Positions 23,194-34,053 of a stretch of 64,000 nucleotides of DNA are shown here, piece after piece. Under the pieces are notes generated by a model. It did no database searches. It was given only the letters and a program-made list of their open reading frames with translations, and had not been told where the DNA came from. Source of the DNA: Plasmodiophora brassicae (taxonomy: Eukaryota); the NCBI GenBank assembly GCA_036867785.1, contig CP145413.1:930001-994000 (forward strand), read 5' to 3'. Position 1 is the first letter of the stretch, and each line of letters begins with the position of its first letter. The position numbers were made by a program, and so were the translations under genes.

Positions 23194-23664
23194 GACGCGG
23201 CACAATCCCGAATTGGAAAATGACTGGACGATGCGAGCAACACGTCACACACACACGAAGACACACACACACCACTGGGCGTTTTGGACGCAGTCGCCTG
23301 ACAGTGACACTGCCCGCTGGCCAGCGCAGCGTTAGTCCTTAACCGCTGCCCGGAACAATGGCCAATGCCGGACCAGACGCGATCCGGCAACGGCCGACGC
23401 CGCGGGCCGGATTATGTGTTCCGGATCGATCCCCCTGGCAAACGTTGCGTGACTCAACACCGGCGCGAGTCACGATTCGCGACCCGCCCTTGCTCAGGGC
23501 TGCCCCAAATTGAACCAGCCCGCCATTGGCCTCGATGACAGCGTTCTGGGCGTATCGCTACAAGAACACCCGTTCTAGCACAAGAATTCCTATGGGGATT
23601 TGAATGTTCGGCGATTACGATTGGCCGGTCCGACCATATTGGTGTTCCGGGTCCGGCAGGAGCG

Positions 23665-24245
23665 ATGTGTGCGGCGAGGAATCTGCTGTCCAGTGTGCTG
23701 CGCTCGTCGAACGTGTTGAACCGTCTGGGGCGGGACCTTACGCCGCTGGCGCTGCGGGAGACCACGCGATGGCCGGGCATGGTAACGGATCCCGAATTCA
23801 TGGCCCTGTGGAATGATGGTGGGAGCGGGCTGTGGCCAGCTACGCCTCGGAAACTGCCCATGGGTGTGACCTGTCCTTGTTGTACGAACACGCGATGGCT
23901 GACCTATGGGGTGCAGACCTCATCGAGACGGATAAAGACCTCGAGGCACGCATCGACATCCCGGCAGGGATCACGAAGGACGATCTGAAGGTGGAGAAGT
24001 CGACCGAGAACCGCACCGTGACTGTTAGTGCCGAACGTTCCAGCGACTGGGACACCAAAGACGACACGTTCCATGTCAAGGAGCGCACCTGGGGGGTCAC
24101 GTCCCGCACGTTCGCCCTCCCCGAGTACGCCGACTTGGACAGCATCAAGGCCAGGCTCGAGCGGGGCGTCCTGCATGTCTTGATCCCCAAGGTTGCATCA
24201 GCGGAAGTCGAAACGGCCGGACAGACCGTGCCAATCGAGGAATGA
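23665..24245 (+). CDS. Small heat-shock protein Hsp20; 1 intron
   Basis: Alpha-crystallin domain DLIETDKDLEARIDIPAG..ERTWGVTSRTFALPE..IKARLERGVLHVLIPK. Confidence 0.92.
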
Positions 24246-24643
24246 CGGCAACCAGTTGGTCTCTGAATACATGTCACTCGTTTGTGCTCGCCTGTACGAT
24301 GCGGGCCCTAGCGTTGCAGTAGTACTGGCCGCCGTCAAATACATAATCAACGGCACCGAGTACACGTATTGTCGTCTAGGAACCCAATCGGGCAGAACCG
24401 ATTTGCCTGCCAGGGCGGTCGACCTGTAGCGGTATCCCAGTCCACACGCGATCCGGAGGCAGGCGATCACTAGTGTAATAGCCGCTCTGACCAACTTCAT
24501 TCGCCCAGCGGGTGGATCCTATCGTACAGCGGTACGACTTTCGCTCTTAGATATTAATAGTAAGAGCAGTTGTTTAGTACGGCGCGACCTGGTTCCACAG
24601 TCCGCCCGCACGGTCGACTAAGGTGCCATCGGCTGTAATCGCC

Positions 24644-26164
24644 ATGTCGCCATCTGAAGCCTTGTGGACCGTGTGGTCGTCGGTCCCAGACGATGACCTG
24701 AATCAGTACCGCTGGGTGAACGTGTTCACCACGCTGAACTGTGTCATGTCGACGTTGGCCTTCCTGCTGTCCTGTGCCGCCCATCGCGGGGTTCGAAGTC
24801 TATTCGACCTGCGCGGCACCGTCGTCATCTCCATGTTCGCCGCATCCGCCGTGACGTTTGGCACAGCGATTGCGTCCGTCGCCGAACCTGGTCGATACCA
24901 TTTCGCGCAGACCCTATTCGAGGCCGTTCGCGCTGTTCTGATCGTCCACTTCATGACATTCCTGTCGGAGGCGCAGGCCGCCATCGAGGGGCGACCCATT
25001 CCGCGGCGAGAGGTGTCGAATGTCTGCTGGTATCCAGTTCCAGCTTTGCTTGCGCTGGTCGACGCCGTCCTATCACGCGGTCTTCCCGACAAGGACTACG
25101 AAATCGCGTCCGCCATACTGGCCCTGACGCTGTGCTGCGTGTCGATTGCATTGTTCGCTACCGTCGGGGTGCGCCTATGCGCCCTGCTACGTGTTTTCGC
25201 ATCGGACAGGACCCGAACGGCTCTGTCGAATCAGTCGCTTGACACGTCGCTGTCGGTGATGAAGCGCAAGATTGTTGGGTTCGCTATGGTCGTTGGATTC
25301 ACCGCTGCGCAGACGCTTGTGACCATGGTCGCGTGCGTTTTTGTCCTTCTCGACTTTGAGATGACTTCGACCGCTCTCTGGGTGTCGCTCTTCAACGTCC
25401 TGATTTGTCAGCCACTGATCTTGAACATCTTCGTCTCGATGTTTACACTGGGTTCCGTGAACGAGGACGGGCTGGCAGCGATGATGCCGACAGAACAGAA
25501 AGTCGTCCCGAATGCGGCGACCATGACCGTCTCGCATGACGACTCATTGAGGACAGCGCGTCAGATCGCCCGGTTCTGGAGCGATCCGAATGTGACCTGG
25601 GACAACTGGACCACGTCGATGTTCACATTCCCAGACCCCGTCAACGAGACCGACTCTCGTCTGCATGCGTACCTGAATGTTACCATCGCCATTGTGCACA
25701 TCTTCCTGGACACCAAGTACAACATCTGGTACTGTCTGGCCTGGCTTGTAGCTGGGTTTGCCTTACGAGTGGCTGCTGGCCCACGTCTGGATCCACAAGC
25801 ACACTTCGTCCTCTTCGTCCTTCAGCCAATCATTGGAAAGTTGCCTCTGCTGACTGACAGCCTTACGCCAGGTCCACCCAAACGATTCGCCCAGACGTGT
25901 GGGCTTGTAATGTCGGCCCTGGCTCTTATCTCGCGCTGCGCCGGCCAGCTGACACTGAGTTGGATCCTTCTCGGCATACTGATCAACATTATGCTGATCC
26001 AAGCTGTTCAGAACCTCTGCCTAGGATGCGCATTCTTCCACATTCTGAGGATCTCCGGCCTGGTGCCCAAAGAGCAATGCGAGCGTTGCCGAATCCACTG
26101 GGTCCTCGCAGGTGCAACGTCCCCATTACCCCGCTGCATTCTACCAGCCGATACTACGACGTGA
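24644..26164 (+). CDS. Multi-pass membrane protein: N-terminal approximately 7-TM region fused to C-terminal DUF4395-like domain
   Basis: Intronless; about seven hydrophobic helices, then FTFPDPVNETDSRL..GFALRVAAGPRL..GPPKRFAQTCG..NLCLGCAFF. Confidence 0.75.
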   Translation: MSPSEALWTVWSSVPDDDLNQYRWVNVFTTLNCVMSTLAFLLSCAAHRGVRSLFDLRGTVVISMFAASAVTFGTAIASVAEPGRYHFAQTLFEAVRAVLIVHFMTFLSEAQAAIEGRPIPRREVSNVCWYPVPALLALVDAVLSRGLPDKDYEIASAILALTLCCVSIALFATVGVRLCALLRVFASDRTRTALSNQSLDTSLSVMKRKIVGFAMVVGFTAAQTLVTMVACVFVLLDFEMTSTALWVSLFNVLICQPLILNIFVSMFTLGSVNEDGLAAMMPTEQKVVPNAATMTVSHDDSLRTARQIARFWSDPNVTWDNWTTSMFTFPDPVNETDSRLHAYLNVTIAIVHIFLDTKYNIWYCLAWLVAGFALRVAAGPRLDPQAHFVLFVLQPIIGKLPLLTDSLTPGPPKRFAQTCGLVMSALALISRCAGQLTLSWILLGILINIMLIQAVQNLCLGCAFFHILRISGLVPKEQCERCRIHWVLAGATSPLPRCILPADTTT

Positions 26165-26479
26165 AGGGCGTCGTACACGCTGCGTTCACAGGCTACACGG
26201 GCCTGCCTGAGTACAGACAGGTCAATCTGTTCAGTACAATCCCCAGATAGTTGTCAACGTACGTATGTGCGTTCGCAACGTTGACGCGCGCAGTCGCTTC
26301 GTTTCAGGCATCGATGAAGACCGACAGCATCAAGCGTCTGAATAATCACGGTCGATAGGCCTGCTACGTGGTCAGCGTCAGCTGGCAAATGTGGGCCACC
26401 CTGGTTGGATATGTAACAGCATCGTAGTGCCCCTCCCACGAAGCATCGGCACTGCGTTTGCTGGCCGACAAACGTCGAG

Positions 26480-26650
26480 CAAGGCTTCAGAGTTGGAGTC
26501 GCGGTCGTAGCCGGCGAATGCCTGCACCAGGCCGAAACCGCCGAATTCCACAGGCATCTGCGGCGGCGTCTTGCCGTTCGGGAGCACCTTCCTGCGTCCG
26601 CCTTACCGGATTTGGCTCGACGAATGTTATCGTGGCAGCTGTCCATCCGG
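26480..26650 (-). pseudogene. Frameshifted relic of the 3' end of the LGPEL-family gene
   Basis: HDNIRRAK and LPNGKTP in different frames; cggcgtcttgccgttcg identical to 27254-27270. Confidence 0.75.
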
Positions 26651-27142
26651 ATTAGCGGCCCGAGGAACGCCTAAGCGGACGACAGCCGCACGTGGAACTT
26701 CTGCAGGTGCAGGGCGGGACCAACAGTGCCCTGCTCGAGATGCGCCACGCCGTCGATATCGCTGACTGGTCTGTGGCGGGACGACAGAGTCCCTGGCCAC
26801 CATGGCACAGGACGGGTATGGTCAGGGCCTGCGGAACGCGAATGTGCTCGAATCGACCTGAAACGGAGCATTCCTATCGTACAGGTTGCTGTGGCGCACG
26901 TGCGCTCTTTGGCATTTCGCGACGTCGCGACAGCGTCAGCCGAAACACGATAACGCCGGCGTTCATCGACGAGGACTGTCGTTCCTTCTGCTGGTTGCCT
27001 GAAGCCCCCGCTGGGTGCTCGCCTGTGGTCACTGCTTCTCCGCCCGTCTCCGAGCAACACGCCCGTCACCCGGTTTTATTGATTACGACTCGCTCGTTTC
27101 GTGCCACATGCCATGTCCGTCGGCAAGGCATCGCGAACGCGG

Positions 27143-28336
27143 CTAATGGTGATCGACATATGTGTCGAATATGACTGCGTACGCTGCATGCCCATCATAC
27201 TCTTCGAATAGTTTCGCCAGCTGGGCGTTGCCGATATTCATTGCCAGCTCTTTCGGCGTCTTGCCGTTCGAGAGCGTTGCCGTGTATCCGCCATATCGCA
27301 GAACCAGCTTGGCTCGACGGGTGTTATCGGGGCCGCCCATGTTGATCAGCCGCTCGATATAGGTTGGATCGAACGATGGCCGCATATGGTACTTCTTCAT
27401 CAGATACAGAGCGGACTTGATTCGTCCCGCTGGAGACATGATGAGCGCTTCCAGCACGTTGATCATCCGGGCGCCGCGGCGTGCAAGAATCTCCAACAGC
27501 TTCAGTTGCCAAGTGGGATCGAGGTCGGTCGCCTGGGCGATTGCTTGTTCCAGCGAAAGCTCAATGGTCACTTGGTCAGACGCGGTCATCGACGTTACCA
27601 GCTGGAACCCGTGCTCGACAAGCACGAAGAGCAAACTTATGAGCTTGATGTTCGCCTTGAACACGACGTCAGTCGACCAGGCCCCGATGTCTCGTAGGAC
27701 GCTCACGTCGATCTTGCGGACGCTGCCGTTATCGTGGCTGCCCTGGTACAGCTCCACATGCCACAACGAGTCGTCGTCGCTACTAGGCGGCCGAAGCCCT
27801 GCTGCAACCGGGCGGCCGCCCGTATCCATCGGGGCCCAGGTTACCAGGGATGCATACGTGTCGCCCGCGCTTAGCGAACACTCCACCTTGTACGTTGAGA
27901 GGGTGCGGATCAGTTCGGTGTCGTTGCTCTTGTAAGCGGATTGCAAAACCTGCATCCCATGGCGCGGATATTGTTGGGGGAGGGAGAGAAAGAACAACCC
28001 GAAGGCGCGTGTCGCAACCCGGGGGATGACGCAGGGCGGAATGCGAATGTGTCCGAATTTGCCGACGTTGTGCGGGGAGATAAACTCGAACAGCCTGTAG
28101 GAACACTCGCTGCCGTGAGAGGATGTAGCGAAAGCGGCGGACGCCAGGTCGGCGGCGGCCGATTGCAAAACTTCGTCCGTCAGCATCTCCGGGTCCGTCA
28201 CCCATGACAGGTCGACTCGGACGAGTTCGCCAGGGTGAGTCTCCCACCCATACAGCTCCGGCCCCAGCGTCGTCGCGGCTCTGACCGCCAGCAATACGAG
28301 CACGATGACGCACCTCTTGCACGCCTCGACGACCAT
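27143..28336 (-). CDS. Secreted effector-like protein, LGPEL family, paralog of 2749-3870
   Basis: Signal peptide then LGPELYGWE..GE..VDL; shared LARRGA, SALYLM..HMRPSF.P.YIE and RRAKL.LRYGGYTATL.NG. Confidence 0.85.
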   Translation of the reverse strand: MVVEACKRCVIVLVLLAVRAATTLGPELYGWETHPGELVRVDLSWVTDPEMLTDEVLQSAAADLASAAFATSSHGSECSYRLFEFISPHNVGKFGHIRIPPCVIPRVATRAFGLFFLSLPQQYPRHGMQVLQSAYKSNDTELIRTLSTYKVECSLSAGDTYASLVTWAPMDTGGRPVAAGLRPPSSDDDSLWHVELYQGSHDNGSVRKIDVSVLRDIGAWSTDVVFKANIKLISLLFVLVEHGFQLVTSMTASDQVTIELSLEQAIAQATDLDPTWQLKLLEILARRGARMINVLEALIMSPAGRIKSALYLMKKYHMRPSFDPTYIERLINMGGPDNTRRAKLVLRYGGYTATLSNGKTPKELAMNIGNAQLAKLFEEYDGHAAYAVIFDTYVDHH

Positions 28337-28908
28337 TTCACTTGTCGGACTGTCGGACTGCACCTGAACGGTTCGTGAGTTGCGCACTGTGCATCCCACG
28401 GGCCGCATCTGCTATTTATAGATTTGTAGACAGGCACGCTTGGACTCTTCGGACGCGCACGACATCCATTATTTTACGCATACTATAAGGAATGAAATGA
28501 GTTTGCGCAGCAGCCCAAGTCATAATAAGCACAATGGTGTGACGAACCGGACACTGGTGACTATCTGGTCCGGTTCCGAGCAGATGATAAATGACAGCGT
28601 GTATCTACCACTCTGCCCGCATCGAGGCAATCAGTGAACCGATGACAAACCCGATCTTGAATGACCATCGAGTGCGCACGACTTACGTGGTCATGAACCT
28701 CAGAACATTCCGGAGAGACGTGCCCGTTACATGTCTGGTCAGCGACAGTGGTGCCGTTGGCTGGCATCAATTTCAGTTGCGTTGTCCTCGAACAGGCATG
28801 CCCGCCTGTGCGATCGTGGGATGGGGCGGGTCCACTGCCCCCGTGACGTTGGATCCGTGCCGTCCGGTCTGCTGAGGCGGCGTCCGTTTTTGGTCGCTGC
28901 TCTGTTAT

Positions 28909-28950
28909 GGAACCTTCCAAGGACCCGATTCGCAGGAATGTTCCGCGGAA
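28909..28950 (+). promoter_or_regulatory. Candidate heat-shock elements upstream of Hsp20
   Basis: Two nGAAnnTTCn units (gGAAccTTCc 28909-28918, gGAAtgTTCc 28935-28944) 100-140 bp before the ATG. Confidence 0.55.
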
Positions 28951-29047
28951 TGTGTCCGCTGGAGACTAGGCGCGGCGGTGGCGACGACGGTCCACCCATA
29001 GTAAAACTGTCTGTTTGGCAGCGCGAAGGTCCAGATCGATCCGCAAG

Positions 29048-29646
29048 ATGAACTCGCCGCTGAGCATCCTGTCCCGCGTCCTGCGCCAGGTTGACCGGTC
29101 GCTGAACCGGCTGGGGCAACCTAGCCTGATCATGCACGAGATGAACCGCCTGCCGACCGTGCAACCACGCGCCGTCGCGTCCCGCAACGTGACCGATCTG
29201 TGGAACGATCTCGACCGCGAAATGACGTCGTTCACCAGTCCGGTCCAGTTCCCTATGGGTAGGTCTCCGGCATCTGCCGCGGCACCCTGTACTCGACACT
29301 GAATGGGCACATGTGTGCAGATATCGTCGAGAACGAGAAAGAGTACCAGGCCCGCATCGACATGCCGTCCGGAATCACGAAGGACGACTTGACCGTGCAG
29401 AAGTCGGTCGAAGATCGCACTGTAACGGTCAGTGCAGAACGCACGAACGACTGGGAGGAGAAACAGGACAACTTCTTCCTGAAGGAGCGCTCGTGGGGAC
29501 GCCTGCAGAGAACTTTTGCCGTTCCCGATGAAGTCGACATTGAGCGTATCAAGGTCCGGTTCGACAGCGGCGTGTTGCAAGTGGACATGCCCAAGCAGGA
29601 GCAGAACGCTGTCAACTCCAATGCGGAGAAGATCGAGATCGAGTGA
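29048..29646 (+). CDS. Small heat-shock protein Hsp20; 1 intron; paralog of 23665-24245
   Basis: DIVENEKEYQARIDMPSGITKDD..ERSWGRLQRTFAVP..FDSGVLQVDMPK; intron at the same position after PM. Confidence 0.92.
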
Positions 29647-29722
29647 TCGGTCGCCCGCCCCGCATCGGTATCTGCTTCGTAAACGTTCGAAATAAACTTA
29701 AGGAATATCCTATGGGCGTGCA

Positions 29723-30405
29723 TTAACTTGTGATATGAAGAGGCAGTGTTCGCGTGACGAAAGGAGACGGCGAAGGCAGCTCGTCGGACGAATACAGAGG
29801 CGCGCTTGGAAGCAGGCCCATGCGATTGCACTGCCAGATTGCGACTCCCAAACCAGCCAGGTGAATCAGGACGTAGATGACCTTCGGCCGAACGAGGCTG
29901 CATTTGACACCATCGAACTTGCCGAACGCCCTGCACATGGAGACAGTTCACGTCTGCGTCGTTGTCAGATAGGAGCAATGCAGACGCACAGGTTTGTGTC
30001 GATGATGGCTTTCAATGGCTGCCAGAACGCCATGCCAAGCATCATGATGGAGAAGATTTGTACGCCCGACCCGAACATGTACAGCATGAACGCTGCCGTG
30101 ACAGTCAGACACAGCGTCGGAAGATGCAGGATCATACCCGTCATGGCGACGTTCTTCAGCGGCGCCTGTGCGATCGCCATTGCCGATTGCATAATCAGCG
30201 CCTCCTCCTTCTGTGCCGACACTTCCTGGCGTCTGCCCCCGCCCTGCATGTAACCCTATTTAGCACACACGCCGTCCCAGCCCAGCACCAAACGCACCGA
30301 TGATGCCGCCGACACCGATGCATACGCAGACGGCGGGTCGGCCGGCATTGGATCCGCACCAGCCGTCAAGTCCACCCAGGCGCCGCCGGCCGACGTCGTT
30401 GCCAT
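29723..30405 (-). CDS. EMC4: ER membrane protein complex subunit 4, multi-exon
   Basis: AMAIAQAPLKNVAM..FMLYMFGSGVQIFSIMM..QPLKAI..WQCNRMGLLP. Confidence 0.88.
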
Positions 30406-30486
30406 CACGTCGTCACGGCGGCAGTCGGCCACGGAGTCCGCGAGTACCTCGCCGGTCGTGACGATCGAAGAAGCGCCGTCACGCTC

Positions 30487-31079
30487 ATGCAACGTGCCGG
30501 GCGCTGGCTGTGGGGCGGGCTCGCCGCCGCCGTCGTCGTTCCCGAATTTATCGGCAGCGTCCGCATCGTCAAAGACGATTCCATGTACCCGGACCTGCAC
30601 CGAGGTTGGCGCGGACGGACGTATGCGTTTGCGATGCCCGCGACTGACCTGTGGCCCCGTTGTCGCCAGGAGACTTCGTTCTGCTTGATCGATTCTCTGT
30701 TCGCGTATGCAGGGCGATCCCTAGGAATTCCGTATTCTCGTATAGATCGCCCCAGAATCCCGGCGAGCAGTACGGTGCTGCGTCGTAATGTCGTTCGCGC
30801 ACTGGTATTGATTTGTGCCTGCACAGGGCGATTAGTCGTGTGATCGGACTGACGAACGACTGGATCGTTAGAGATGGGAACTCGAGGGCCCTGGTTCCCG
30901 AAGGGAACGTGTGGCTGGAGAACTCGAATTCGTCGAGCACGACCGGTCACTGTGGCGCCTTGCCTGCCGCCCTGGTCGACGCACGCGTCACATGGATCGT
31001 GTGGCCGCCGGCCCGATTCGGCCCCGTTGGCCATAGCCATGATACAGGACGCCTACGTACATCCATATGGGATCCGTAA
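30487..31079 (+). CDS. Mitochondrial inner membrane peptidase IMP2-like (S26), catalytic Lys apparently lost
   Basis: DDSMYPDL, SPQNPGE|AISRVIGL, VPEGNVWLE, ARVTWIVWPPARFG. Confidence 0.75.
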
Positions 31080-31152
31080 ACAACTGGCAACTGTGATCTA
31101 GCTGGGGGAACGGTCTTCGACCATGTTTATCAACGTTGCTGCTTGTGGAGTC

Positions 31153-31366
31153 TTACCAGTCGTCATCGTGGTGGTGATGGTGGTGGTCCCCATCTAACGC
31201 GGCACGTGTTAGAGTGAACGGGGCACCGCACGGCAATGCAACGCTTACGGTGTTCATGACGGTGGTCGATGTGACCGTCTCCGTGCTCGACTTCGACCTC
31301 GATATCGCCGGCATGGACCGCCACGAACGCCATCAGTGCTGCCATCAGGATCGCCACGAATCGCAT
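31153..31366 (-). CDS. 52-aa secreted His/Asp-rich micro-protein; intron 31194-31248
   Basis: MRFVAILMAALMAFVAVHA-GDIEVEVEHGDGHIDHRHEHHGDHHHHHHDDDW; 55-nt intron GTAAGC..CTAAC..TAG restores the frame. Confidence 0.8.
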
Positions 31367-31540
31367 TGTTCTCGAAGTCGGCCTCTTTACGATGTGCGGA
31401 AGGCCGATGCCCGCGGTTTCGCCAGACGACGGCCGCGACGCCGTGACGTCATCCCCCTGCAATGGACACGCGTGACATCACGTATTCACACACGGCGTCG
31501 GACCCCGTTGCAACAACAGCATGATACGTGTGTATTAGTC

Positions 31541-32491
31541 TCAGGCCGCCTCGTCGGCATCGTGCTCGAAGCTGGAGTGCTGGTAGATGAAGTTGACCCA
31601 GTTGCGGTAAAAGATCGCTGCGTCCGCCTTCCAGTTGCAAACAGGCGGGCGCGTCTCATCGTCGTCGACGAAATAGTTCGCCGGGCACGCAATCCTACCG
31701 CCAGCGCGCTTGTCACGAACGTACTCGCCGGCCAGGTCGTCGCGATCGTACTCGGGGTGCCCTTGAATGTAGACCTCGCGACCGTCCCTGCCGATAGCCA
31801 TCAACCAGCCACATGCCGGGCTGTCCATGACGACCTGCAACTCCTTTGTCTGAGCCAGCGACGCGGTTGGGACATTGCCCCAGCGAGAATGCGGCGCCCA
31901 GACGCTGTCGTTGATGTCCTCGACGAGGTCGGTATGCACGTCCCTGTTGACGGCGTGCCTGAACACGCCGAATACCTTCTCAGGCGATAGATCGCGGTTG
32001 ATCCCATAGAAGTGGTGCAACGCGAAGTGGGAGCCCAGGCAGGAATATACGGTGGAGAACACGTTCGCCCTGGCCCAGTCGAGGACCTGGCAGAGTTCAG
32101 CGTAGTAGTGGATCCTGTGGAAATCTAGGAGGTCCCCGGTTGCGTCCAGTTCCAGGTTTGCACCAGTGACGACCAGGCCGTCGAGGCCACGTTCCTTGAC
32201 CGTCGCGACCGGTTCATAGAAGTACTCGATTCGCTCCTTCCCAGTCGCCGGCAGGTAATTATCGAATCGGATCAGGACCGGCTGTATCTGGAGCGGTGAG
32301 TTCCCGAGGAGGCGGTAGAACTGAACCTCGGTTTTCTCTCGGACGGCAGCCGGCATTAGGTTCAGCAGGCCGATCCTCAACGGACGAATGTCCTGCCGTT
32401 GGGCCATGCCATCATCTATGATGAATACACGCGCCCGTTCCAGAACGTCGTAGACGGGGAACCGCTCGCGGTCGGGGACGATGAGCGGCAT
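31541..32491 (-). CDS. metA: Homoserine O-acyltransferase, bacterial MetA (HTS) family, intronless
   Basis: AQRQDIRPLRIGLLNLMP, DGLVVTGANLE, STVYSCLGS, PHSRW, GHPEYD..LAGEYVRD. Confidence 0.92.
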   Translation of the reverse strand: MPLIVPDRERFPVYDVLERARVFIIDDGMAQRQDIRPLRIGLLNLMPAAVREKTEVQFYRLLGNSPLQIQPVLIRFDNYLPATGKERIEYFYEPVATVKERGLDGLVVTGANLELDATGDLLDFHRIHYYAELCQVLDWARANVFSTVYSCLGSHFALHHFYGINRDLSPEKVFGVFRHAVNRDVHTDLVEDINDSVWAPHSRWGNVPTASLAQTKELQVVMDSPACGWLMAIGRDGREVYIQGHPEYDRDDLAGEYVRDKRAGGRIACPANYFVDDDETRPPVCNWKADAAIFYRNWVNFIYQHSSFEHDADEAA

Positions 32492-32880
32492 CTGTCGCCA
32501 GCGAACCCGATCAGCGAGGTGACCTTCGGCGGCCTTCTGCACCTGCGCAAGGAGCCCGATCTGGACACCCGGCCAGGCAGGACCTATAGCATCATTGACG
32601 CTACGGTTGCGTCTCCCAACTGGCCGTCCTTTGATGGCAGGTACACACGGGTCGGACATCACGCTTTAATCAGTGGATTGGAATGGTCTTGGCATGTCAG
32701 TGCAAGACGAGAGCGACGATCAGCAGGAAGATCGTCCAGGGAACGTTCGTTGACGTTGATGACCCGTGCGAGGTTGCGGAGACCGTCGTTGCGTTGTTGC
32801 CGCTGGCAACATTGTCGTGGGCAGCACCTGAACAACGTCATCTGAGTCGGGCGCGTACATTCTGGATGGGCCAGGCACAG

Positions 32881-34053
32881 TCAACCAGGAAAGATGCCGT
32901 CGTTGCCGTTGTTGACCCCGCCAGGCGTCGTAACGTTCGGCCCATTGTTCTTCATGCTGGCGGCAACGCAGTCATTATCGGGGTGTGACACTCGGGCCGG
33001 TGGTTCATACCAGGTGACGCGCATCGATTTGAAGTAGGCCGAGATGGGCGGCACCCAGGTCTTGATATCCGCATCGCCGGCCCACTTGCTTCCGGCTTGG
33101 GCGTGCCACAGGCCGAACGAGATCCGCGACGGCGACGACGGGAACTTGCCTGATGGGGCGACACTAAATGCATGCATGGGCAGGCGGGGCATCACAGAAC
33201 GCCAACCATCGGTGTTGTTGGCTGTGTGCGCGGGCACGCCGTTGATGGACCACGTGATCCTGTCCGGTGTCCAGTCGATCGTATACGTATGGTAAATCTC
33301 GGAATTGTCATCGCGAGTGTTCGTGATGTACCCATGGACGGACGACCCTGCGCAGGCATCGACAGCCGTCAACTAACCTGCGAATCTTAACATTGCGGCC
33401 AGCAGACCTTCCGGATTGAGAATTTGCACTCCCTTGGCGTACCAGTTGAACTGGGTGTTCGTGTGATCGTACCCAGTGAATTCGAGGTCGATCTGTGGCG
33501 GTTCAAACGGTGAGCACGCCGGCAAGGGAAAGGGTGCACTCTAGGTCAACCTCGTCACGATCGTTGGAGAACAGGATGAAGCTTGTAACGATGCCCGCGT
33601 GGCCAGACTGGCGCATCACGATTTCAACAGTGCCGTACTGCAGGAAGCGTGTTGTTGAGACAACGGTTGCCACCCCGCGGCCGGGATCGTTAGCGGGTGG
33701 CGGGAGCATGGACGTCACCAGGACTCCGTTAGCGTACGCGGCTGACCCGCTTTCGATCACGAACTGGGCCTCGTATGCCGGCACCGGGTTCTTCTGGTAC
33801 GCCGCGTATACCACCGACTCCTTGCTGAAGTTGGTGAAATTCGTCGCATAGTGGCAGGTGGGACCGTCGAACAAGCACCGCGAGGCATTCAGGTTGCCGG
33901 GTTCTGCAATCGGAATCAGACCTGCAGTGGGCGGCGAACTGAACGACAAGCGTCCCCCGTACGGTTGCAGAAGAGCACCGAGTTCTGCGCATACACGACG
34001 GCCTGCCCCGCCACGATCAGAGCGCCCGCCAGGCGCAGAACCGCGGTCGGCAT
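32881..34053 (-). CDS. Secreted GH16 glycoside hydrolase/transglycosylase (Crh/Utr2-like); at least 3 introns
   Basis: Signal peptide; LQYGTVEIVM..GIVTSFILFSNDRDE|IDLEFTG catalytic motif; YHTYTIDWTPDRITWSING; FPSSPSRISFGLW. Confidence 0.88.
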
